A stretch of 59,149 nucleotides of DNA from a virus. Lineage: Duplodnaviria > Caudoviricetes. Within the stretch, counting starts at the first letter, position 1, and each line of letters begins with the position of its first letter. A program made the position numbers and the translations under genes. Below are positions 9,103 to 18,996 of the stretch, one piece after another. The notes beneath the pieces were generated by a model. That model was not told where the DNA came from. It searched no databases and saw only the letters and a program-made list of their open reading frames with translations. The stretch is from the IMG/VR virus record IMGVR_UViG_3300024518_001350, positions 1-59,149 of that record. One strand, 5' to 3'.

Positions 9103-10023
9103 ATGGCAGCAATTTCTAGAGCGCAAATGATGAAAGAACTTGTTCCTGGCTTGAACGCATTGTTCGGGTTGGAGTATAATAAGTACGAAGAACAGCACAC
9201 GGAGATCTATGAGATGGAGTCATCTGATAGAGCTTTCGAGGAAGAGGTCAAGCTTTCCGGGTTCAATCAAGCACCCGTTAAGAATGAGGGTGCAGCTATC
9301 ACTTATGATACTGCACAGGAGACCTTCACTGCTCGATACACGCATGAGACGATTGCTATGGGATTCTCTATCACAGAAGAAGCTGTGGAAGATAATCTTT
9401 ATGCAACTCTTTCTGCACGATACACGAAGGCACTTGCTAGAGCTATGAGTCATACTAAGCAGACCAAGGCGGTTTTCCCTCTTGTTAATGCTTACACCCA
9501 GGCAAACTTTGCCGCTGGTGATGGCTTGCAGCTTTGCATAGGAGATGGCAGCAGATTAGGTACTGGAGGTCAGCCGATTAATAATGCTCTGGCTGTATCC
9601 GCAGACCTTGCTGAAGCTTCTCTTGAGCAAGCTTGTATCGACATTGGTAACTTCACAGACGAACGTGGACTTATCATTGCAGCCAAACCAGTCAAGTTGA
9701 TTATTCCATCAGAACTTCAGTTCGATGCTACCGTTATACTGGAGTCCGCTCAGCGGCCCGGTACTGCGGACAACGATGTGAATGCTCTTAAGAGCAACGG
9801 AATGATCCCACAGGGGTATAGCGTAAACAACTTCCTTACGGATGCCCAGAACTGGTTTATCATCACCGACGTGCCTAATGGCATGAAGGGCTTCACCCGT
9901 GCCCCACTTACGACTGGCATGGACGGAGACTTTGATACTGGTAATGTTCGCTATAAGGCGCGGGAACGATATTCCTTCGGCGTTAGTGACTACCTCGGTA
10001 TCTTTGGTAGTGGTGACATCTAG
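9103..10023 (+). CDS. major capsid protein (Mu gpT-like)
   Basis: ISRAQMMKELVPGLNALFG ... DFDTGNVRYKARERYSFG. Confidence 0.93.
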   Translation: MAAISRAQMMKELVPGLNALFGLEYNKYEEQHTEIYEMESSDRAFEEEVKLSGFNQAPVKNEGAAITYDTAQETFTARYTHETIAMGFSITEEAVEDNLYATLSARYTKALARAMSHTKQTKAVFPLVNAYTQANFAAGDGLQLCIGDGSRLGTGGQPINNALAVSADLAEASLEQACIDIGNFTDERGLIIAAKPVKLIIPSELQFDATVILESAQRPGTADNDVNALKSNGMIPQGYSVNNFLTDAQNWFIITDVPNGMKGFTRAPLTTGMDGDFDTGNVRYKARERYSFGVSDYLGIFGSGDI

Positions 10024-10037
10024 ACATTAATGTCCCA

Positions 10038-10063
10038 GGGGGGTGAAAAGCCCCCCATCTTTT
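10038..10063 (+). terminator. intrinsic terminator after MCP
   Basis: G6-loop-C6 followed by ATCTTTT. Confidence 0.65.
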
Positions 10064-10067
10064 ATAC

Positions 10068-10130
10068 CAGACTCGTCAGACTTAATCAGACAGCACACGG
10101 ACTGGCGAGCTAATTGTGTGCAATGAGGTG
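10068..10130 (+). ncRNA. H-type pseudoknot, candidate Mu-gpT-DE RNA motif
   Basis: P1 CTCGTCAG (10072-79) pairs with CTGGCGAG (10102-09); P2 GCACACG (10093-99) pairs with TGTGTGC (10115-21); downstream of the gpT-like MCP and directly before SD GAGGTG. Confidence 0.65.
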
Positions 10131-10137
10131 AAATATT

Positions 10138-10617
10138 ATGGCTACAACTAGTTTTCAAGGTGTTACTAGATCCTATGGTGGTGGTAAGAAGAAGAACGTA
10201 TCTCCCGGTGTATTAACGATGTCGGTTGTTGCTTCTTATCTTGCAAGTTCAACTGATGCAACTGTTGAAACCGCGAATCTGAGGATTGGAACGTCTGCGA
10301 CCGTTGGTGAGTTCTTTGTTCTTCCCAAAGGAGCAATTCCTATCTCGGTAATGCCTGTTAATGCCGATGTTACAGGAGCGAGTCCAACCACTGACATAGG
10401 TTCAGCAGTTGATCCAGATGGATTCTTTAACGAAGTTGCCGCTGCTAGTAAGGGCGTCATAAAGGGTGCTGACGGTGCATTAGTAACTGAGTTAGGTATA
10501 CTTCTTGATACCCAAGTAACGGCAGTAATGGGTGCTAATCCCACAGGAGGTGGCACAGGTACCGTAGTAATTACTTACACAGTTGCGGACAACGGAAAAG
10601 ACGGATCTATTCAATAA
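10138..10617 (+). CDS. virion structural protein (capsid-associated)
   Basis: MATTSFQG start and LPKGA motif; follows the MCP. Confidence 0.7.
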   Translation: MATTSFQGVTRSYGGGKKKNVSPGVLTMSVVASYLASSTDATVETANLRIGTSATVGEFFVLPKGAIPISVMPVNADVTGASPTTDIGSAVDPDGFFNEVAAASKGVIKGADGALVTELGILLDTQVTAVMGANPTGGGTGTVVITYTVADNGKDGSIQ

Positions 10618-10622
10618 TTAAA

Positions 10623-10660
10623 CATTGGAGGGGTTCCATTAGTTTGGAGCCCCTTCAATG
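10623..10660 (+). terminator. 16-bp hairpin (terminator or processing site)
   Basis: CATTGGAGGGGTTCCA pairs with TGGAGCCCCTTCAATG; no U tract. Confidence 0.45.
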
Positions 10661-10685
10661 GCTATCTCATAACGGAGAATAAAAT

Positions 10686-11084
10686 ATGGCAGATGATGCT
10701 GGGACTAGAGGACTTACCATTGGAGTTGACAGGAACTCTAAACAGACAGGTGTCAGAGCAGGTAAAGAGTGTTACTTTGCTTTTAATAATGCTACTCCTG
10801 CGACATCAGTCAACTCTAAAGTTTTTGAAGTGAATTGCAATAAGGCAAACGTATATACTGCTGGGATGAAAGCTGATGCAACTAATACTGCCGGTGCTGG
10901 CTCGTTCTGGAAGGTTGTTGGTGACAGTAATACTGCGACACAAGAAAACAGTGAAGAAATTCATACGTTTGCACTTGGTACTCCAACCAACTTCACACTA
11001 AGCAGAGGAAGATGGTGGATAGAAATTACAACTGCGGGTTCAAGTTCTGTTGATAACATAATCCAAATAGCTGGTTCTAATTAA
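10686..11084 (+). CDS. putative structural protein
   Basis: Beta-rich, RBS GGAG, in the virion module. Confidence 0.65.
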   Translation: MADDAGTRGLTIGVDRNSKQTGVRAGKECYFAFNNATPATSVNSKVFEVNCNKANVYTAGMKADATNTAGAGSFWKVVGDSNTATQENSEEIHTFALGTPTNFTLSRGRWWIEITTAGSSSVDNIIQIAGSN

Positions 11085-11092
11085 TAACTAAA

Positions 11093-11362
11093 TTGGATAA
11101 TCATAAGGTGCCTGAAGGTAACGGAACACAGAGGGAAATAGGTGCTAGGTTTCAGGAAATAGCAGAGCTTAGGCACGATTTCAGAAACATGAGGCAGACT
11201 ATTACTCTTCTGGAGAATTTATTTAGAGAGAATGAGAAACAATTATTTTCTTTAAAATCAGAAATCATGCAAGTTAAGACAAGGATAATGACAGCAGCAG
11301 GGTTCGCAGTAGCATTCATCTCAGTATTAGCATGGGCAGTAGAGTGGCACTTTAAAAAGTAA
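11093..11362 (+). CDS. coiled-coil protein with C-terminal TM (XhlA/holin-like)
   Basis: Heptad repeats then AAGFAVAFISVLAWAV. Confidence 0.55.
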   Translation: MDNHKVPEGNGTQREIGARFQEIAELRHDFRNMRQTITLLENLFRENEKQLFSLKSEIMQVKTRIMTAAGFAVAFISVLAWAVEWHFKK

Positions 11363-11374
11363 GGGAGATCATAG

Positions 11375-11605
11375 ATGGAAATTGAAGCGATGTTATCTGC
11401 GTTGCACCTTTCGGGTGTGAATTCAGAATTAATTGGGTACATAGGTATAGCATTCATAGCTGCAAAGTTGATTCTCAAGGTAGTATCTGCCATTGACTCA
11501 AATGGTAAGGCAGGTAATACTGCGAGGAGCATTGATGGGGCTATTGGTATGAAGACAGTTAAGAGTGTTGGTTCAAGTATAAAGAAGATTAAGGAGAAGA
11601 AATAA
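11375..11605 (+). CDS. putative holin
   Basis: Small, TM helix, basic C-terminus. Confidence 0.45.
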   Translation: MEIEAMLSALHLSGVNSELIGYIGIAFIAAKLILKVVSAIDSNGKAGNTARSIDGAIGMKTVKSVGSSIKKIKEKK

Positions 11606-11940
11606 TGTTTAGATATTTAACTTTGTTTGTTATGTTATCATTGTTAGTTCCGAGCTTACTGCTGGCACAGGAGGTTGGAGTTGAACCTACTGCCGAGGTA
11701 GAGGTTCTTAAGCTTGACACCCCTATCACTAATCCAATATTTAGTGATGGGACTATTGACCTCAGAGTACTTACCTTAGGAAAGAAGACATCTGTTGACA
11801 TAGTAGTTGCTGGTATAGGATTCAGAGTAGACCCAGAGAATTGGGCACAGATTGATTTCGATCCCACCTTTGTAGATGTAGGACTTATACTTTGTACTAC
11901 TCCTTACTTCAATACGGTCTTCCAGACGAATTGCGATTAG
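11605..11940 (+). CDS. secreted or envelope protein with signal peptide
   Basis: MFRYLTLFVMLSLLVPSLLLA-Q; TAATG-coupled. Confidence 0.55.
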   Translation: MFRYLTLFVMLSLLVPSLLLAQEVGVEPTAEVEVLKLDTPITNPIFSDGTIDLRVLTLGKKTSVDIVVAGIGFRVDPENWAQIDFDPTFVDVGLILCTTPYFNTVFQTNCD

Positions 11941-11946
11941 TCTACT

Positions 11947-12726
11947 ATGGCTATATCTTCAACTCATAATTTCAATCTAGATGTAGGAGACCTGATAGAG
12001 GATGCATCAGCCATAGCTGGGTTTGATGCAACCGCAGGGTTTGACGTTCGTTCTGCAAGGAGATGTTTGAATCTTCTTCAGCTAGAATGGTCTAACCTTG
12101 GGATCAACCTATGGCAGATGGAAGAGGTTAAATGGTCAGATCCTGATGATCCATTGGTGGATACCCTTACCTCTGGAGTGTCATCATATGGGTTAGCAGA
12201 TAACACTATATCACTACTTGATATGTCTCTCAGAATGGATGATGGTACTGCTAACCAAGTAGACTATGCTATGGATAGGATATCACAACCTACATATTCA
12301 AACATAACTTCTAAGGTACAGACAGGTAGGCCATTGCAATTTCTGTTTGAGAGAATAGAGATAAAAGATTACAGGACTCCTTCTGTATTAGTCGTTCCTA
12401 ATGTAAGGGCAGATAGACGTAGTGTTATTAGACTATGGCCTGTTCCTGACTTGGACCTTACCTACAAGCTGGTGTACTGGAGAATCGCTAGGATGGCAGA
12501 TGCTGACGGTAGCCTTTCTACTAACATAGAGGTACCAGACAGATTCCTTCCTGCATTAGTACATGGACTTGCGTTCAATATGGCTAAGAGAAGCAAGATT
12601 GGAAACATAAGGACAGGGGCACCTATACTGTACTCAGAGTACGATAGGCTCTTACAGATGGCATTAGATGAAGACAGGGTAAAGACTAGTCTTATACTGT
12701 CACCTAGGAGACACAGGAGTGTCTAA
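11947..12726 (+). CDS. head-tail adaptor/connector protein
   Basis: SARRCLNLLQLEWSNLGINLW and VPDRFLPALV motifs. Confidence 0.7.
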   Translation: MAISSTHNFNLDVGDLIEDASAIAGFDATAGFDVRSARRCLNLLQLEWSNLGINLWQMEEVKWSDPDDPLVDTLTSGVSSYGLADNTISLLDMSLRMDDGTANQVDYAMDRISQPTYSNITSKVQTGRPLQFLFERIEIKDYRTPSVLVVPNVRADRRSVIRLWPVPDLDLTYKLVYWRIARMADADGSLSTNIEVPDRFLPALVHGLAFNMAKRSKIGNIRTGAPILYSEYDRLLQMALDEDRVKTSLILSPRRHRSV

Positions 12727-13000
12727 TAGATACGCATCAGGACCGAAAGCATTAGGTATATGCGACAGATGTGGTCGTACATACTTGTTGAATGAGCTTA
12801 AATTTGAAACTAAAAACTATAAAAGAGACAATATACGGGTTTGCCCAAGTTGTTTTGATATCCAGAATCCTCAGGATCTACCAGATCTATTCGACGGGGG
12901 GGATACACAGGCGTTAAAAGACCCGAGACCGGATACTGGCTTAGAGGCCAGCAGAACTGTAGACTTGTCAGCTTGGAATGAAAAGTATGGAGGTAGCTAG
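12719..13000 (+). CDS. Zn-finger protein
   Basis: CDRC...CPSC followed by DPRPD. Confidence 0.75.
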   Translation: MSNRYASGPKALGICDRCGRTYLLNELKFETKNYKRDNIRVCPSCFDIQNPQDLPDLFDGGDTQALKDPRPDTGLEASRTVDLSAWNEKYGGS

Positions 13001-13276
13001 ATGCCAGACGTAGGCGGAAAAAGTTTTGGGTATACACCTGAAGAAATACGTAAGGCCAAGGCATATGGTTTGGAGACAGGTCAGGAAGTTAAGTACAAGG
13101 AAGGGTATGCCCATGGGGGATCAGTTGGCTTATCCCATAATCAGAGTATGCCTGACAAAAAAGAGAAGTGGCTGCCTAAGGGAACTAAGCTAGCAATAGG
13201 TGCTGACCCAGAGTATGCTAACCGTGGATGTGGTACTAGTGGCATGGTAGGTTCTAGTAAAAAGGGTGTAGTCTAA
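13001..13276 (+). CDS. small hypothetical protein with GYAHGGSV motif
   Basis: Contiguous in the operon. Confidence 0.65.
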   Translation: MPDVGGKSFGYTPEEIRKAKAYGLETGQEVKYKEGYAHGGSVGLSHNQSMPDKKEKWLPKGTKLAIGADPEYANRGCGTSGMVGSSKKGVV

Positions 13277-14073
13277 TGTCATTCCCAATTATATCATCGA
13301 CTAGTAACCCAATAGATCTTGATGACTTTAAGAACCTTGTTAAGAACTTTTTAGAGAACAACGAAAGCTCATTCTCTACCAATCTTGATCTATTAATAAG
13401 AGTTGCTGAAGACTTTATATGGGGAAGTATTGGTGGTTTCAGGACAAGATTCAAGACAGATGGAACAGATAAATTAGTAGCATCACAAGGATACTTTGAT
13501 GCAAAGGCAGCAGTAATTACTGGGTCAGTTGGTCCACCTGTAATCCCTGATAAACCTACAGGTAATATAAAGGATATTCTTTCAATTGATGTAAGTAGTG
13601 AATATGCAACGGCAGGTATAAACTGGAGTCCACTACAGCTTAGAGACTATGACTTTGTAACTCAAGCATATCCCTCATCTGCTGAGACTGGACTGCCTAG
13701 GTACTACTCTGCTGATCCACTACAGAGTGTAACTGACCCAGATGAAAATCAAAATACAATAAGTATTGCAATATCCCCAGCTCCTACCGAGACTTATTTC
13801 ATCAGATACTCATACACCAAATTCCCACTATCCCTTGTAGATGTCACCGCAGGAGAGGGTACTTGGATTAGTAGGAACTACATAAGTGCTTTGTTGTATG
13901 GAGTTCTGTACCATGGATACCTATATGAGAAGGGTGACATTCAGTTACTAGAGCAGTACTCAGGTCTATTCAAAGAGTCTATTATGTTAGCAGGTAAAGA
14001 TGTCCAAGAGCAAGATACAAGTCAATATGAAAAGGGTACAGGCCCAGGAGATGGTGGCAATGAAATCACATAA
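13276..14073 (+). CDS. tail adaptor/tubular protein A-like
   Basis: GLPRYY, SPAP and TWISRNYISALLYG motifs. Confidence 0.65.
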   Translation: MSFPIISSTSNPIDLDDFKNLVKNFLENNESSFSTNLDLLIRVAEDFIWGSIGGFRTRFKTDGTDKLVASQGYFDAKAAVITGSVGPPVIPDKPTGNIKDILSIDVSSEYATAGINWSPLQLRDYDFVTQAYPSSAETGLPRYYSADPLQSVTDPDENQNTISIAISPAPTETYFIRYSYTKFPLSLVDVTAGEGTWISRNYISALLYGVLYHGYLYEKGDIQLLEQYSGLFKESIMLAGKDVQEQDTSQYEKGTGPGDGGNEIT

Positions 14074-14084
14074 AGGGAGATTAG

Positions 14085-16751
14085 ATGGCATCCACCTATA
14101 AAAGCAACTTATACTCAGTAGAGGAAATCGGAATCGGAGAGGCCGATGGGATATGGGGAACTCTAACTAATGATAACTGGGAAGTTATTCAACGTGCCAT
14201 TGGCTACAGTGTTGAGCTTGATGTCGATAATATATCTGGTAGTACTTCATACTCAAATCCAGAACTGAACTGGATAATTCCTGATGACACAAACGTAGCT
14301 AGTCTTAATGATGACGCCAAGGCAAGGTCTTCGTGTGTTACGGTTAAGGGTACTGGAGGGTCTCCTCTTGTAATCAACTTCAGGATTTGTGGGCTAGACA
14401 CAACAACTTCAGTTGATAGAATATATTTTGTAAGGAATGCGCTTACTGATACTAGTGAGCCAAGGACTATACTTAGAGTATATAATGCTGATGGAACAGA
14501 ATATGTAGATATAAACCAAGGTAGCACTGGAATAGTATCTCTGACATCTGATGTAGCAGGCGCTGGAAAGATAGTAAATTTAACTTCCCAGATACAGGTT
14601 GGTAAGATTGACTTCTCAGCGACTAGCAGTGCTGAAATTCTATTGGAGAACGATTCTAGTACAGCATTGCAGATCAAGCAGATACAGGATGATTTTACAT
14701 CAAGGATAGTTGCTTCAATAAGCACTTCCACGGGGTTGCAACCAACTGGTACAGTTGCCAATGTTGGTGGTGAACTCACTAACGGAGAATTTGACGCTGT
14801 ATTAAGTGGGGGCTCACCATCGTCAGCGTTGGATACTACCCAGATAAGCTTCACTGTTTCAGGAAATGAACTCTCAGCCATTAATGTTCTAGCCCCAGGG
14901 GTTGGATGGACAGCCCCACCGGTTCTATCGTTTGAAAAAGCTATTGGAGTTTTTAGCTTAGGAGTATCTACCACAGGTTCAGGATATGTCACCGATGGCA
15001 CATATCCTGTTGTGTTCAGTGTTGGGGGAGAAGTTGTACCTGCAACTGCCACGTTTGTAGTGACTGCCGGAGCAGTCTCTGGTGTAAACCTTACTAGTTC
15101 AGGACAGTACACTGGTACACCCACGGCTACATTTAATGATGGTCTGGCCGACCCAGGAACTACCTTCGGAACAGGTAATGTGGTTGTAAGTACACCTCCC
15201 ACTGGGACAGTTGAACTTGGCCCATCTTCAGCTATAGATCTGTCAGAATCATTCTCACAGCTAGGAGCTACCGAGCTATCAGGTAGCCTTCTCGGAAGGG
15301 TAAGGGCTTCAACTGGACCGTTTGTATCAGCAACACCTATCACTCTAGCAAACATAGCATCACCTCTTGTCTCCGGTGGAAACCTATTCATCACTGGTGG
15401 TACTGCCGATATAACAAATTTCTCAGGTGGAACCATAGGACAGACTATAACTATTATCTCTGCCTTTGCGACTTCTATCAAGGAAGGTTCTATTCTACTT
15501 GATGCGTCAACTAATTACAATATGGGGATCAATGACTCCCTAACGGTTGCCCTTAGGTCTGACAACAAATGGCATGAGACTGCTCGCATGAGTAGGACTG
15601 GTTCAACTGGAAACTCACTTAGTAGCCTGTCAGATGTGACACTAGTTGCGCCTATAGAAAACGAACAAGTACTTGCATACGACTCAGGCACAACTCTTTG
15701 GACTAACTCAGAGATAGTTATTCCCCCTGGTAGTCCTCAAGGCCCCAACGATGGCAACCTTGCACCCACTAACACATCCCTTGGTGTTCTTGCTATGAAT
15801 GATTCCGATGGTGTAGACAATACTGCAATAGGTAATGAAGCAGGGATAAGCACTATTCGTGATCATAATACATTCTTAGGAGCAGATGCTGGTAAACAAA
15901 ATAACTTTAATGGGTTTCCATTATGGCAACCTGGGACAGTTTACTCTATTGGAGACGAAGTTAGAGACTTACAAACACCACAGAATGTGTGGAAGGCTCA
16001 AAGCTCTGGAACCTCAGGATCCACTGCTCTGGTTGGTACGAATTACAATGAGCAGGGGCCTGCTGGATTACCAACCTATAGTGACTGGGAGTCTGGCTTT
16101 GACTATGTAGACGTTGGACCAAACGCTGATTTCTATCCACTTGTTATAGGAGCAGGGGGTGACATTTATTACACGATACCCGCTAATAATAGTGGACTAT
16201 CAGGGAGTACTATCCCTTCTGTTTTTGACACAAGTGCTGGAACTAGCGATGGGAATATAATTTGGTATCCCAGGGCTTTCAAGTGGAAACCAAACACTAG
16301 TTATAATATATCCGCACTAGGAGTAGCATACGTGGGTATGTTTTGGAACGAGAGCGACGGTTCATGGTGGAACGATGGAACCAGCCCTGACAATGTTTTC
16401 ACCACTGGTACAGTAGCTCCCAATGCACCATCTTACCCAACTCCACTTGCCCCCTGGTGGAGTCCAACCGAATATGGATCTGAACCCACGTTCTCTAATG
16501 CTGCTAACGGAGGTACAGGAGCTGTCACATTTGAATGGCAGGACAACCGCAGAGATTATGTACCTCCTTTTGACGATGGAGGTGTCACTTGGTATGTAAG
16601 CGCACTTGGATGGCAAGCTAATAGAGGGTACGGTGGATACATGATGCCTGGGAGACTTCTGGCTGATACTGATACTAAAGGTGGATCAATATGGTCTGGA
16701 AATCCAGATGTTGCTGGTGGTGGTGAAGGTGGTGGTGGTGGTGAACCTTGA
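14085..16751 (+). CDS. tail fibre 1
   Basis: MASTY...WG..TN.NW virion-anchor N-terminus, Gly/Thr beta repeats, NTxxG beta-roll and WxxxxxY carbohydrate-binding-like modules. Confidence 0.8.
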   Translation: MASTYKSNLYSVEEIGIGEADGIWGTLTNDNWEVIQRAIGYSVELDVDNISGSTSYSNPELNWIIPDDTNVASLNDDAKARSSCVTVKGTGGSPLVINFRICGLDTTTSVDRIYFVRNALTDTSEPRTILRVYNADGTEYVDINQGSTGIVSLTSDVAGAGKIVNLTSQIQVGKIDFSATSSAEILLENDSSTALQIKQIQDDFTSRIVASISTSTGLQPTGTVANVGGELTNGEFDAVLSGGSPSSALDTTQISFTVSGNELSAINVLAPGVGWTAPPVLSFEKAIGVFSLGVSTTGSGYVTDGTYPVVFSVGGEVVPATATFVVTAGAVSGVNLTSSGQYTGTPTATFNDGLADPGTTFGTGNVVVSTPPTGTVELGPSSAIDLSESFSQLGATELSGSLLGRVRASTGPFVSATPITLANIASPLVSGGNLFITGGTADITNFSGGTIGQTITIISAFATSIKEGSILLDASTNYNMGINDSLTVALRSDNKWHETARMSRTGSTGNSLSSLSDVTLVAPIENEQVLAYDSGTTLWTNSEIVIPPGSPQGPNDGNLAPTNTSLGVLAMNDSDGVDNTAIGNEAGISTIRDHNTFLGADAGKQNNFNGFPLWQPGTVYSIGDEVRDLQTPQNVWKAQSSGTSGSTALVGTNYNEQGPAGLPTYSDWESGFDYVDVGPNADFYPLVIGAGGDIYYTIPANNSGLSGSTIPSVFDTSAGTSDGNIIWYPRAFKWKPNTSYNISALGVAYVGMFWNESDGSWWNDGTSPDNVFTTGTVAPNAPSYPTPLAPWWSPTEYGSEPTFSNAANGGTGAVTFEWQDNRRDYVPPFDDGGVTWYVSALGWQANRGYGGYMMPGRLLADTDTKGGSIWSGNPDVAGGGEGGGGGEP

Positions 16752-16801
16752 TACCCGATTACTGTATTATCGGGAGAGTAATGATGATTAGGAGTAAATA
16801 G

Positions 16802-18979
16802 ATGGCTGGTAATGTTTACGCATACCGACAAGATTGGATAACGGATACTAATGAACCAGATCAGGGAGTCCCTCCAGGGCAGCCACCTGTTATTGGTTAC
16901 GACCGTGATCCATTCTTTATCACGGTAGGTATACACGAGAATGATATATCCTTGCCAGGGAGTTTTAATACCGCTGTAGGGTCACAGGCTGGTGCAGTAC
17001 GTACAACTGGTGATAGGAACATAGACATTGGATACCAGTCAGGTCCAGCGGTTGACTTTGATGGAAGTGATAATATATCTATAGGCTACCTAGCCGGTTC
17101 AGCGAAGACCGCTGGAGATGACAATATATACATAGTGAATGATGGATCTTCCCTCACTACAGAAAGCGATACAATACGTATTGGCACCGTAGGGACACAC
17201 TCAAATACATATATTGCTGGTGATTCAATCACATTTGCAGATGGCAGTGTAACTCTTACTTCAACTGAAACCTTCTTGCAAGGTAATGTGAACATAGATG
17301 GTTTTAAGTACATTAAAAGCTTTGAAAGAGGACAAAATCGCGATACTAACTTATCCATTGGTAAAAACTCTATGGATGAAGATAGTAGCGCTGGCGTGCC
17401 TTCCGGCCCAGCCACAACCGTCATGGTTGGACCCAGTGCAGGATTTTTTATAACAGATGGTCAGCGTAACACAGGACTTGGACACAGTGCGATGTTTAAT
17501 GCTTCGTCCTTTACTCAGGATAATACTTGCATTGGGGCTAGTTCAGGTTTTAGTCTCGTCAGCGGTAATAGTAATACAGTGATCGGCGCTCTAGCTAATG
17601 CTCTTGGTAGCGATTCTGTTGTCATAGGTAAAAGCGCAGGGTCTAATAATTCTGGAGGTGATTCAAATATATATATAGGATCTTCAGGCCCAGCTTCTAC
17701 CTCCATAGAAAGCGATACAATACGTATTGGCACCCCGGGGACGCACACAGATTCATTTATTGCTGGCGATATTCTTGCAATTGGTAACCCTGCGTCCACC
17801 ACATCCACCGAGATTAGAACAGGACTCGCGGCACAGACTACCAATATTGGTATAGGTGCGGGAGGTACAAAGACCGGACTTAATAGTGTACACATTGGCT
17901 ACGCATGTGGTGGATGGGGGACTGGGGGATCGGAGAATGTATACGTTGGAGCGTTATGCGGAGCGCAACATAATGGTGGAGGTACTGGCAATGTACTCAT
18001 TGGCTACAACGCCGGATATGGGAATGGAGCGGGTTTTGACGGAAGGGATAACACTATCTGCATAGGCAAAAATGCAGGGAATCAAATGGGGTTTAACAGG
18101 GATAATTGTATATTCATAGGACACGGTGGTGGTCCATCGAATCCGGGTGGAGATGGTATAGTTAGGATAGGCGAAGTGAGTCTGATTCAGGATACGTATC
18201 TAGCTGGCACTTTACATATCCTGCCGGGTGTGGGAAACACTGAATCAGAATTAGAACTCACTAAGCCTGACACCACTACAAACATAGTAACGATGACAGA
18301 CTATGACACATTGTCAACCCAGCTTGGAGACAACGGAGTTTTTAATGTTCCTCTTAGCCAGAATCCTGTTGATGTTGGCGAACTAGGTTCATTTTACATA
18401 CTGAACCCATCAACAACAACTATTAATTCAGTATTTTCCGATGCTGGTAGTATCACTGCTGGAACATTACCTGATGGCATGAGATTTACAATAGGTAGTA
18501 ATGGAAATACAAAGGTTGTACATAATCTAGCTGGATCTAGTGGTTTCAAGCTTAAGGGTCAAAAAGACTTCAATATGTTACCTGGAGACAAAATAGATTT
18601 TGTATTTACAGGCAATGTGGCATATGAAACAGGCAGGACATTATATGCTGTACGTTCCATTGAGGATTTGCCAGATGGAAATGCTACACCTGATTTGGAC
18701 ACTGAAACTGATCAGGTTGTATACAGAACCGCTAATACTGGACCTACTACTTACACTGGATTCTACCAAAGTCCAAACTTTTCACCTACTGGTCGTAGTA
18801 TAATGATTGTAATTAACGATAACTTATCTACATTCGACTTCTCAGGGGTAAATCTGAAGGGCAATGCTGGTGTTTCATGGAGTCCAACCGTTGGGGATCA
18901 TTTAAAAGCAACATACTCAATGGAGTCTGCTCCAACTGCCTCCCTCGGGGTATGGTACTGTGATGTTAGCGAAAACTAG
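16802..18979 (+). CDS. tail fibre 2 (YadA-like beta-roll repeats, no anchor domain)
   Basis: Many NxxIGxxAG repeats; SD AGGAG at 16790. Confidence 0.8.
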   Translation: MAGNVYAYRQDWITDTNEPDQGVPPGQPPVIGYDRDPFFITVGIHENDISLPGSFNTAVGSQAGAVRTTGDRNIDIGYQSGPAVDFDGSDNISIGYLAGSAKTAGDDNIYIVNDGSSLTTESDTIRIGTVGTHSNTYIAGDSITFADGSVTLTSTETFLQGNVNIDGFKYIKSFERGQNRDTNLSIGKNSMDEDSSAGVPSGPATTVMVGPSAGFFITDGQRNTGLGHSAMFNASSFTQDNTCIGASSGFSLVSGNSNTVIGALANALGSDSVVIGKSAGSNNSGGDSNIYIGSSGPASTSIESDTIRIGTPGTHTDSFIAGDILAIGNPASTTSTEIRTGLAAQTTNIGIGAGGTKTGLNSVHIGYACGGWGTGGSENVYVGALCGAQHNGGGTGNVLIGYNAGYGNGAGFDGRDNTICIGKNAGNQMGFNRDNCIFIGHGGGPSNPGGDGIVRIGEVSLIQDTYLAGTLHILPGVGNTESELELTKPDTTTNIVTMTDYDTLSTQLGDNGVFNVPLSQNPVDVGELGSFYILNPSTTTINSVFSDAGSITAGTLPDGMRFTIGSNGNTKVVHNLAGSSGFKLKGQKDFNMLPGDKIDFVFTGNVAYETGRTLYAVRSIEDLPDGNATPDLDTETDQVVYRTANTGPTTYTGFYQSPNFSPTGRSIMIVINDNLSTFDFSGVNLKGNAGVSWSPTVGDHLKATYSMESAPTASLGVWYCDVSEN
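17161..17734 (+). repeat. 28-bp exact direct repeat within tail fibre 2
   Basis: AGAAAGCGATACAATACGTATTGGCACC at 17161-17188 and 17707-17734. Confidence 0.9.
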
Positions 18980-18996
18980 CAACAGGGGAATAATTA

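Noticed and set aside
14204-15481. Long antisense ORFs (for example 14204-15481 and 52198-52929)
   Set aside because: Shadows of clear + strand genes, without RBS or motifs
16749-16790. TGA readthrough or alternative genetic code
   Set aside because: The frame hits TAA TGA TGA nine codons later; all three stops terminate genes normally elsewhere and there is no suppressor tRNA
17161-17770. Diversity-generating retroelement TR/VR pair
   Set aside because: No reverse transcriptase; both copies are inside one ORF and mismatches are not confined to adenines
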